The notes below the pieces were generated by a model that was not told the origin of the DNA, ran no database searches, and saw nothing but the letters and a program-made list of their open reading frames with translations. Below are positions 25,535-36,166 of a stretch of 64,000 bases of DNA, one piece after another. This stretch comes from Vicugna vicugna (taxonomy: Eukaryota). Where the stretch lies: the NCBI GenBank assembly GCA_013265495.1, contig MU058337.1, positions 312,001 to 376,000 on the forward strand. The letters run 5' to 3'. Each line of letters starts with the position of its first letter. Within the stretch, counting starts at the first letter, position 1. Made by a program: the position numbers and the translations under genes.

Positions 25535-26548
25535 TTATATAATTGTTACATTAGATGAAGTTTTTGCTATTTCTTCAGGAGAATGACTCTTTATTACTTC
25601 TTTGATGAACTGTTCAAGGGCAGTGAAGTAACCCTGGCACTGCCACGTATCATTATGAGTTCCATCAGGAAAAATGGCTAATCTCTTAGTCCGAGAGGGG
25701 GAGAGTTCATAAAGCTGCTTCATCATTACTGGTGGAATTAATTGGTCGGAGAGTCCAGAGATGAAAAGAGAAGGCATTCTGCACTGAGAGATTTTTCTGT
25801 AGGACAAAAATTTATTTTTGTAGCACCATAAAGGAAGGTAACGCATTGGGAAGAATGAAAATAAAGTGCTGGCCATATGTGGTATACTTAAAAATGTGTT
25901 CTCCACCATAATGGCTGAAATTCTATGTGAATTTTCAGAAGCCAAATGAATAGCCACTGCTCCTCCCAAGGAGCGGCCAAAAAGAAAAATTTTCGTTTTG
26001 TCGAGGTCGGGCCTGGCCATCACGTAGTCCAGCACAGCCTCGGAGTCTAAGCACAGCCCCTCCTCGCTCGCTTCTCCGTCGCTCTTCCCATAGCCTCGGT
26101 AATCAACAAGCAGAAGGTTAACTTTGAGGTTGACCAGCATGAGCAGCGCATTTGGTAGCCTGTGACCTATGTTGCCTGCATTCCCATGAAAATAAATTAT
26201 CGTTGGGGAATAGGGCGAACTGTCTCCAGTGTATCTTATCAAAATGAGATTCAGACGCACTCCGTCTTTGGTTCTGATGAAAACGTTTTCATGTGGAATA
26301 CCAGTGGGCATGGGAACATAAAGGCGCGAAGATGACGGCTGTTCTGGGAAGTAGAGCAACACGTCCTGGAATTTATACAGAATGCCTGCTATTGATATGA
26401 ATATTAACAGAAGTAAGATAATGCCTCCATACAGGTGAAAAGTCACTATTAAAGGTAAAAGTGAAATGCGGCAGAGAGCCCAAGACCAGGAAGCCAAGGC
26501 TATTAGCCATCTTTCAACAAAGTTCCACAGCGTCCAGGACTTTTCCAT
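25535..26548 (-). CDS. ABHD13: Alpha/beta hydrolase domain-containing protein 13 (337 aa), whole CDS in one exon
   Basis: [18 protein letters not shown]...SSNVTII. It has an N-terminal hydrophobic/TM segment, the HGNAG oxyanion motif, the GRSLG nucleophile elbow, and SDQL and GTHND motifs for the acid and His of the triad. ATG at 26548 (gccacaATGg, good Kozak) lies 20 nt after a splice acceptor. The ORF-track extension to 26593 crosses that acceptor. Confidence 0.98.
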   Translation of the reverse strand: MEKSWTLWNFVERWLIALASWSWALCRISLLPLIVTFHLYGGIILLLLIFISIAGILYKFQDVLLYFPEQPSSSRLYVPMPTGIPHENVFIRTKDGVRLNLILIRYTGDSSPYSPTIIYFHGNAGNIGHRLPNALLMLVNLKVNLLLVDYRGYGKSDGEASEEGLCLDSEAVLDYVMARPDLDKTKIFLFGRSLGGAVAIHLASENSHRISAIMVENTFLSIPHMASTLFSFFPMRYLPLWCYKNKFLSYRKISQCRMPSLFISGLSDQLIPPVMMKQLYELSPSRTKRLAIFPDGTHNDTWQCQGYFTALEQFIKEVIKSHSPEEIAKTSSNVTII

Positions 26549-26568
26549 TGTGGCTCTTCGTATGTGTC

Positions 26569-26601
26569 CTGAGAGAGAGAGAGAGAGAATCAAAAACTCA
26601 G
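26569..26601 (-). other. ABHD13: ABHD13 intron 3' splice site (branch point, (TC)n polypyrimidine tract, CAG)
   Basis: Minus strand reads CTGAG TTTTTGAT (TC)9 AG|GACAC. Exon 2 begins at 26568. Confidence 0.88.
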
Positions 26602-26982
26602 TGTGTATCTATTATTTTAAAAAGCAGATCCCATAAATCACAGTGCTAGGGGAAGCCCCGGAAGCCTACGTCAACCCATCCACAAAGTCAACTGCTCTGA
26701 TTCCCTCTGTCCCTTTTATTCTAAGGTCTCCTCTCTCCCTCCACTGCTGTACTTATGAAACATTTTCTAAAAAATACATGTATTTCCATGCCTGTATTAA
26801 TTTAATAGAAAAATAAGTTGATGCCACATTCCCAATTTTTTATATGAAAGAATGAAGGCTCAGGAGCATATGTGGATTGGCCGAGTCCTGGTTTTGCAGG
26901 TAGAAGACCCTGGAGGCCAACGAGTGAGCCTCCAGGGCTCTGGTGCACCCACCGGGGAGATAGGTAGGGTGAGGGCAATTTT

Positions 26983-29010
26983 TTCCTTAATTGAAGTAAA
27001 ACTGACATATAACATTACTTTAGTTTCAGATGTGCAACATAAAAATGATTTGTTATCTATATATACAACAAAATGATCACAGTAAGTCTAGTTAACATCC
27101 ATCACCACAAATAGTTACAAAATTTTTTTGTGATGAGCACTTTTAAGACCTACTCTAAGAAACTTTCAAAAAAAATGCAATACAAAACTATTAACTACAG
27201 TCACCATGCTGTACATAACATCCCCATGACTTATCTATTTTATAACCCTAAGTTTGTACCTTTTGACTCCCTTCACCTATTTTGCCCCCTTCCCCCAGCC
27301 TCTGGCAACCACTGCTATGTTCTCCGTATCTATCAATGTGGGTTTATTTACTTTTTTTTTAGATTCCCCATATAAGTGAGATCATACAGTATTTCTCTTT
27401 GTCTAACTTACTTAGTAAAACTCCCTCAAGGTCCATCCATGTTGCTGCAAATGGCAAATTTTCATTCTTTTTATGGCTGAGTAATATTCCACTGTGTGCA
27501 CGCGTGTGCGCACGTGCATGTGTGTATACACATCCCACATTTTCTTTATCCATTCATCCATTAATGAACACCTAGACTGTCTCCATATCTTGGCTATTGT
27601 AAATAATGCTGCAATGAACATGGAGGTGCATATATCTTTTTTAGTTAGTGTTTTCATTTTCTTTGGATAAATATCAAGAAGTGGAATTGCTGGCTCATTT
27701 GGTTATTTCATTTTTAATTTTTTGAGGAATCTCTATACCATTTTTCATAGAGGCTGTACCAGTTTACATTCCCACCAACAGTTCACAAAGGTTTCCTTTT
27801 CTCTACATCCTCACCAAAACTTGTTATCTCTTATCTTTTTGATAATGGCCATTCTAACAGGTATAAGGTAACATCTCAACGTAGTTTTGATCTGCACTGC
27901 CCTGGTGATTACTGAAGATCAGCCTCTTTTCATGTATCTGTTGGACATCTGTATGTCATCTTTGGAAAAAAAAAGTATTCAGATATTCTGTCCATTTTTT
28001 AATCAAGCTGCTTGAATTTTTGTGCTATTGAGTTGTGTGAGTTCTTTATATATTTTGGATATTAACTCTTTATCAGTATTTGATTTGCAAACATTTTCTC
28101 CCATTCAGCAGGTTGCATTCTCATTTGGTTGATGGTTTCCTTTGCTGTGCAAAAAAGCTTTTTAGTTTGATGTAGTCCCACTTTATTGTTACTTCTGTTG
28201 TCTTTGCTCTTAGTGTCAGATCCAAAACATCACTGCAAAAGTCAATGCCAAGGAGTTACCACCTGTGTTTTCTTCTATGGGTTTTGTGCTTTCAGGTCTT
28301 ACGTTAAAGTCTTTAATTCATTTTGAGTTAATTTTTGTGTGTATAAGACAACAGTCCAGTTTCATTCTGCATCGTTTTCCCAGCATCATTTATTGAAGGG
28401 ACTGTCCATTCTCCATTGTATATTCATGGCTCCTTTGTCATAAATTAATTGACCATATATGTGTGGGTTTATTTCTGGGCTCTCTATTCTGTTCCACTGA
28501 TATGTTTGTTTTTATGCTAATAGCATACTGTTTTGATTACTGCAGTTTTGTAATATAGTTTGAAATCAGGGAGCACAATGTCTGCAGTTTTGTTTGCCTT
28601 TCTCAAGATTGACTTGGCTATTCAGGGTCTCTTGTGGTTCCATACAAATTTGAGGATTATTTGCTCTATTTGTCTGAGAAATGCCATTGGAATTTTGATA
28701 CAGATTGCACAGAATCTGTGGATTGCTTTCAGCAGTATGAACATCTTAACAATGTTAGTTCTTCCAATCCATAAGCACTAAATACCTTTCCATTTTTTTG
28801 TGTATTCTTCAATTTCTTTCATTAATGTCTTATAGTCTTCAGTGCACAGTTCTTTTACCTCCTTAGATAAATTTATTCTTAGTTATTTTATTCTTCTTGG
28901 CGGAATTGTAAATGGGATTGTTTTAATTTCTTTGATAGTTCATTGTTAACATATAGAAACTTAACAGATTTCTGTATATTGATTTTGTAGCCCACAACTT
29001 TACTGAGCCA
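26983..29010 (-). mobile_element. About 2-kb 5'-truncated L1 in the ABHD13 intron (same strand as the gene)
   Basis: Peptides KDICTSMFIAALFTIAKIW and LPFAATWMDLEG. Degenerate TSD with exact core TGAGGGCAA at 26970-26978 and 29018-29026. Confidence 0.92.
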
Positions 29011-32000
29011 GATAAGCTGAGGGCAAATTTTATTAAAGATGTAGTTAACAGATTCTAACCTATCAAGACCAATCTGATATAATTTATTGTCAGTTTTTCA
29101 CATTACAGAAAAAAATTATAATTAAACTAGCATAAGAAAAACTAAAATATTTCCTTCTCTATTTGGAGATCCTCACAGCTAATTTTAAAACAATAGTTTA
29201 AATTAACCACTAGTTTCTAATATTGTACTATTTTTAGGAAAAAGTTTAATAATTTGTCTTTTACATCTGACTAAAAAAAAACTTTAGCTTGCTAGTATTA
29301 TGAAGTATGCCAAATCTTTTATACAGTCCTTATTGCAATTTCATACCAGAGTCAAAACAGATTGCTGTGATTTACTCATAAGGCTATAAACACGTGGGGG
29401 ATAAGTGTGAAACAAAGACACACCAGTTCTATTTAAGAAACAGAGATAAATGAAGAAAATGACTTACTGGAGAAAAATCTTTTAAAATTTGCTGAAAAAT
29501 AAAACGTGAAAAAAATAAAAGCTTTCAGAAATCAATTTTTTGTTATCAAAAAAGTTTATGCATGCTGTCTTAAAAAGGGAGACAAGGTGAGATGTTACTT
29601 TTTTTTATGTAGCAGTCATCTACCCAGATAGTTATCAATTTTTAAGAAATATTACATTTCTTTTTTACTAACAAAACTACCATAAAGAAGTTATTCTTAA
29701 ATTTAATAAATATTTGTTAATGACACATATTTGAAATTTTATTGCATGCCATAAGCTAATAAATGTAGTAGTTTAGTTCATCAAATTAGACTTAGATACA
29801 AACACTGAAAATCAACTTAGACTGACTATAAAAATAAGTTAGATGATTTAATAAATTCGATTTTTCAATATTATAGCACCAAAAAATATTCTACAATTTC
29901 ACTAAACATGGACTTTCAAATTTGAGTTTTTGTTCCAACGATTCTCTTTGAACATAACCCAACAGCACAGCATTTTTCTGAAGTTTCTCTGAAATCAACA
30001 CTGCCACCCAGTTGTAGCAAGTTTTACTGCAATGAGCACTATGTTAAGCTGGAGAAAAGCAGGTAAATGAAGTAACAAAAATCCAAGCTTCAAAACTACA
30101 AAAGCAATACCTAAGCACTAGGTGTCAGATCTGGTTAAGAACCAGACTGGAAGAGGCTGCAGCACAGCAGCCAGCTGAGCCAATCACACTGAACACTGAC
30201 TAACCATTCCAGGTACATAATCAATGCTCTTCACAATCTCTGACTGCTACTCACCAACACCTTAAATCAGACATTCCTCTGCACTCCTCCACGCTAGTGG
30301 GTGAGTCTCAGCAACGCCTCTGACCACTTAAACTTTTCATCTAATGCTTACTTGAAAATGGGAGACAGACTGGCACTAACTTTATACAGCAAAACAAAAG
30401 AATTTTTCTGTAATGATTAGGATTAACAAGGTCTGGGGTAAAACATACAAGTACACTAGAGCACTGTACTATTCAGAAAATCAGATATACATTTAAGATA
30501 CTTTAGTGAAAAAAATGTGCTTTTTTTCATAGACAAGCCAATCATTTATGACAGACGTACCAGAGAGATGAGAATGTCAAATATTTATTTGATGATACAG
30601 TAGGAAAAAACACACTAAAACTGCGTCACCCTTTCAGTCTGCTCTACTGTAGATTTGCTGAATAATCTTTAGTTTATAACTTATCTTCAGTCTGAATTTT
30701 CTTTTCGGTAGAACGAGAATTTTTAAAATGCCTACTTATAAAGCTGGTCAGCATTATCAAATAAAATTAATAAAAAAAGCATTTACAAATGCTATAGGCA
30801 TATTACCTTTATTTGCCTTAGTGACTAATATTCCTAGCTGTACTACTACATTCTTAACCATGTTCTGCTCAAATTAACATCAACATCAGAATTTACCAAG
30901 CACCTATGAGACAAGAAAAAAGAATCTAGAAATTTGATTGACGGCATGGCAAATCACTCATATAACCTGAATAACGAGGAGTGAATTAACGAAATTTTCA
31001 AGCCAAATAAAGTTATTATAAAAACTAATATAACACTAGACAAAATATAAAACTTCCTACATGTGGATAAATCAGATTTTGAAATTCAAACCACCTGTAT
31101 AGATTAAATCTATATAGTTAAGTTTTTCAAACTTTGAAAAAAAATCTTTTTTTTAAAGTAGCCTCTTAAATTTCTAATTTCAACATACAATATTAAATTT
31201 AAATCTACAAGACCAGGAACTGTGCTTTTCTTTTTCACCACTGTATCCCTGTGGGTAGTACACAACTTTACATATACTCAAGACCAAAATGCGTTTTAAA
31301 TGAGCAATCCAGCAACGTGCCTGAATGATTAAACGTCTAAGAAAAGACGACTGCATTCTGAGCACTGGGCATATAAGTTCAAGACTGGACGTTAGGAAAA
31401 TGGCACATGTGAGTCCACTGCTGGTTAGGAACAACAGGGATCAAACCTGCAGTTTTCCACAAAACATTCCTGAAAAGTTGCCTTAATATAATCTTACAAT
31501 GGACTGTTATTAAACTGTGGAAGTCAGAATAAAAATCAGTTCATTTGGAGGACTATCAAATGCAACTCAATTTTAAGGACAGGTTAATAAAAATTGTTCG
31601 GGAGTGTGTGTGTGGCTTCTCTTTAACGCATTATGGCACATCGGTGGTTCAGGAAAGGACCTCCACTCAGACTACTTTAAATTTCCTAAGCCAGTTTGCC
31701 AGTAATTTCTGCTCCTTTGTATCATGTCTCCATGCTCTTAAAGGAACTGGGTCTGGCAAACAATACAGCAAGGATTTTTTATTTACTAAATGTGCAGATA
31801 CTGTAACAAAGTACCATTACGAGAGCCATCTGCTGAGATGTAAAAACAGCTTCACACAGACCCAGATGTTATGCTGGTCAATAAAAATCAACACTGCCTC
31901 TAACACAGACCACCGCATAGATGCTACAGCTAGCAGTACGTTTTCCATTTATTTTGTCAATAAATCAGTGTGAATAAAAGGTTAACAAAACTTTTTCTCC

Positions 32001-32769
32001 TCCGTGGGGGAAAAAATGACCTCTGGTTAACCTTCTAGCACTTTTCCCCGGAAACCTCATAAACATGGGATCTGAGCTATGTTTCAAGCCACATTTTGCG
32101 TGGTAAACTTGACCCTACTGGTGGGCTGAATATGGGCTGAGAAGACAGTGAGCAGGTCTACACATGCCCAGTGGGAAGCACAAAGATGGACCTCTCTGAG
32201 TGGGATGTGACTTGTAACTGGTGTGTCCTCTGCTGCGTTGTGGATGCCATACCACGCACTGGTGCTGTAACAGAGGACACTGTCTCCCGTGGAGCCGGAA
32301 GCAGCTCAGTCAGGGTGGCGCCCCCCCCCACCTGTCATCTCCCCACCAGCCTGACCTGCACTTGGGAATCACACAGCTGATGCTGATATGCTGGGTTTTC
32401 TACCCCACGTGATTCACCAAAGCAGGGGGAGGTGGGTGCCAGGGATGTTCTCATGGGCCTATTGAGAATGTCCAACTGAACCCAAAACCACTGCTGCTAG
32501 ACATGCTGAATAAGCAAGACAACTAGTTACCCCTTAAAAAGTATGTCCAAAGAGGCAAGCATTTATGAATGTGTTGCCAGAAGAGATGGATTATTTGCCA
32601 GGTTCTACGCCTGCTGCAAGGCATTTGCTGATTAGATTTTAGCATCATGAACAACCAAGAGAAACGGTGAGTTTAATATACTCAAGGTTAAACCACAGTT
32701 TATACCAATCAGAAGGGTTGCTCAGAGAGAAAGAACATTAGACCTGTAGAGCACAGGAATTCAGTCACC

Positions 32770-33365
32770 CAATCCCCCCTCACTGTCCACGCTGCTTCTA
32801 CATCACTACTGTCTTCATGTCTACATCTTACAGAAATACCTGATTTACTCCCATGTCTCAGTTCTGCCCTTGCCATGTTATTGCACCAGCTCTCACGTTT
32901 CAAATGTTTCTGAAACCCATCCATCTGTGGCTTTAATCACCCTCAGTAACTCCTCAGCCACTTTGAGAATCTGATGCACAAGCTCTCGGGATGATCTCTC
33001 ATAAAAAAAGCAAGCCTCACTGGCTGGTACACCTGACGGATTCTTCTCAGTCCATACTGCAACACCACACCCCTGTAAGTGGCACCACACCTTGAATCTT
33101 CCTCAGCTTCCAGGACACTCCAATTCCTGTGTTTCTCCCTCTGACCTGCCCTAAATGTGGGCATTTTCCAAGGCCCTGTACACTTACCCTTCTTCCCCTC
33201 AGGGACTTCCCTCTTTCTCATAGCTCCAACCATCACACTTGTGTATGAATTACTCCCACCTCCATGTCTACTCCGTCCACCATCTCAGTCTGTCTGCTCC
33301 TTGAGTACCTGATGCTTTATCAACAACTCAGACTTACCCAAAACTAAACTCATCCTCCCCACCTA
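32770..33365 (+). mobile_element. L2 remnant(s)
   Basis: Pyrimidine-rich L2 ORF2-like text (CTTCCAGGACAC...CTAAATGTGGGCATTTTCCAAGGC...CCCAAAACTAAACTCATC). Confidence 0.6.
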
Positions 33366-34856
33366 ATGTTTTACATGCTTTACTTTAATTATGAACAAAA
33401 AAACAACATACACTTTTTTTTAAAGAAACAATTGATTCTAGGGCTTAATATATAATAAGCAAACTAAATTTAACTATGTGTTACAGTATCAAAAATAGGC
33501 ACATTATTATAACATGCACAGGTCTTATGCGTGAATGAAAAAAGTCAACCTTAAAGATAATTTTTGTGCTTTTTATTTAGATGAAGAGGTTAGTGGTGTC
33601 ATACTGGCTTAAACACATCTCAAGGAAACACTGACTAAAAACATGACTAATTTTTACTATTATAGACTTTACTATAATAGTAATCTAATCATGATTGTTT
33701 TCTTTTTAAAAGAATGGTTCTGAAATATTAGCAACATCTTTTAATACTATAACAGCACTTTGGTCATATGAATGAAACTTACCAATCTGGTGACAGCCAT
33801 TTTGAGAATTTCATGGTCCTAATTAACTTGCTTTGCTCACCTTTAATGCTCCATGTGCATCCTATCTTTAAAATACTTGCCCATTTTAAGTATACAATAA
33901 TCAATTTAAGGCTAAAAGTATAAACAATGTGTAGCTGTGAGGCTGTCAGCACCACCACGTTGGCTACAGTGTTGGCTGCGCGGCAAGTCCACAGAGTCAG
34001 AGGGGTCTGCTCATCTGATCTCCACTCATCACCCTGGGTGCTCCCCATATATGGACTCAGAGGATCGCAAATGGCTTCATTTCTAAGGAAATATATTTAA
34101 ATAACTGTTCTGTGCTTTAAAAAAAGAGAGATCAATGCAAAATTTATGCCCACCCTCAATGATATGAGTCCTCAGAACACAAGTCCAAGTCCCCAAGGGA
34201 GTTCTCAAACTCAGCCCAGACCACTGAAAAGGTCCTACAGTTGGTCTCCCAGCTTCACCAGATTCCAGTGCATCCTACCATACTATTTAAAGATTAAAGA
34301 CAGAGCCACAGATAAGTGCAGACATCTGCCATTTGAATCATAGCGCTTAGGCACTACAGATTATTCAAAATTTATGTTCTTAAGTAGCTCATGTTCTACA
34401 CAGTAACTCTCAAGTAACTCATGATCTACTCAGGAGAACATGCATGGACATACGTAACTGTTTGTGCCTAACACAAATTCATTCAATTACAGAGGACACA
34501 AAGGAAATCAAAGACCACACTGTCCTTAAATACAGCAAGAGAAAAACAAAATCTTAACTATGTGTCCTTCACGACATAATTTTAGTAATTTCTGGATTTC
34601 ATCATGATTTATACTTAAAGAAACCATGTGAAAATTTATGGACAAAGCATAATTCCAGGGGTAAGAATTTCCCTGACTTTCCATCAAACAGCTGCCTATG
34701 CCTCTTATTTTTATTCACTTAGCACAATTATTCACAGGAACTGGAAGTATTCAAGCAAAATCTAAATAAATACTTGGCAAGGACAGTGTAGAGGAAATTA
34801 GAGCAGTTGACCTGAATGAACTTTAAGGTCCCTATTAAACTGAGATTTTTCTACCC

Positions 34857-36166
34857 TAGTGGTTCTCCAAAGGTGGCTGCAGACTCCTGGCGGTCCGCAA
34901 GAGCCATTCCAAGGGTCTTTGAGATCAACAGCAGAAGCTTACCACAACACTACTTGCCTTTTCACTGCTTGACACCTGCACTAATGGTACAAAACCAGTG
35001 ATCGGTAAGACTGCCAGTGCCTCAGATGAAGATCGCATCCCAACCAATGAGCACACTTCTTTTTAACATTCTGTGTGACAATGTGTAACAAAATGAGGAA
35101 GACACAGACAGCACTACTGCTGTGTACTGAAATACCTCTGAGTTGTGAGCTGAACTAGCTCCATTTTTATTTTTAGGTGGCACCATTTTTACTTAAAAAG
35201 ACAACAGACAAACTGTGGTTATTCAGAGTTATGTGTCTGGCAGACATTTTCTGGAAAACGAATGAAGTTGCCAATAGCTTCCCAAAACTTGGAGACTTTT
35301 CTGATGACACTGTGATGGTGATAATATCAACAAATGTGACATTTGCTAACCTATTAAATATGTCAATATTTGGAAGAATCTGCCCAACACAGCAAACTAA
35401 CACTTTCCAAATGACCAATGAATGAAGTCACAGAAATCAAGCATGGGTTAAAAAATTCACTGAAAGATAAACCAATGGATTTTAATATAACAGAGATGAA
35501 GGGCTGTTTGATATGGGTTTCAGAGTCCACAATATAAATGACCTTTAAGAAACTACCATCTGAGAGGGGAGAGTATAGCTTGTGGCAAATGAACGCTTAA
35601 CATGCATGAGGTCCTGGGATCAAGCCCCAGTACTTCCATTAAAATTAAATAAACCTAATTACCCCCCCAAGGGTTTAAAAATAAATAAATAAAACCACAT
35701 CCTTAAAAAATAAAAAAAGAAACTACCATCCGTTGACTATGTCCACAATTATCTGAAAAGACTGTTAAAATACTCCCTTTGCAACTACAAATGTCTGTGA
35801 GCCTGATTTCCTACGTGCAGTGCACCTAAAACAACCTCCCGCATGAGAACGGAGAAACGTGATCATCGGCGTGTCTTCTAGGAAGCAGACATTAAAGATA
35901 TTTACAAAATCGTAAAACAATGCCACATTCCTTGCTAATTTTTTAGTAAAGACAGCTATTTTGCATAAATATGTTTTTATGTTAATATGCAGATCTCTTA
36001 CTGTTATTTTGAAGTGATAAACTTATATATTTTATAAACTCCCAGTTTTAATTTCTAACACAATAAAGCTTTCTATATAGTCTACATATACAAAAACCCT
36101 TTGGAGTCTAATAATTTTTTAAAATGAAAGGTGTTCAGAGACAAAAAAAAAATTTGAGAACCACTG
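34857..36166 (+). mobile_element. hAT-Charlie (Charlie1-like) DNA transposon remnant, interrupted by the SINE
   Basis: Terminal inverted repeats TAGTGGTTCTC (34857) and TTTGAGAACCACTG (ending 36166). Transposase-like peptide TDKLWLFRVMCLADIFWKTNEV in ORF 35177-35425. Confidence 0.8.
35563..35716 (+). mobile_element. tRNA-derived SINE, camelid Vic-1 type
   Basis: GGGGAGAGTATAGCT (A box) ... GAGGTCCTGGGATCAAGCCCCAGTAC (B box), then AAATAAACCTAATTACCCCC and an A-rich tail. Exact 14-bp TSD AAGAAACTACCATC at 35547-35560 and 35717-35730. Confidence 0.88.

Noticed and set aside
26549..26593. 15-aa N-terminal extension of ABHD13 ([15 protein letters not shown]) in the ORF track
   Set aside because: It starts at a non-ATG codon inside the intron and reads through the (TC)n tract and splice acceptor.
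34378..34433. CRISPR-like repeat
   Set aside because: Only two imperfect copies, almost no spacer, mammalian context.
35566..35640. Possible tRNA-Ala gene
   Set aside because: Degenerate cloverleaf followed by a SINE body, A tail and TSD: it is a SINE head.
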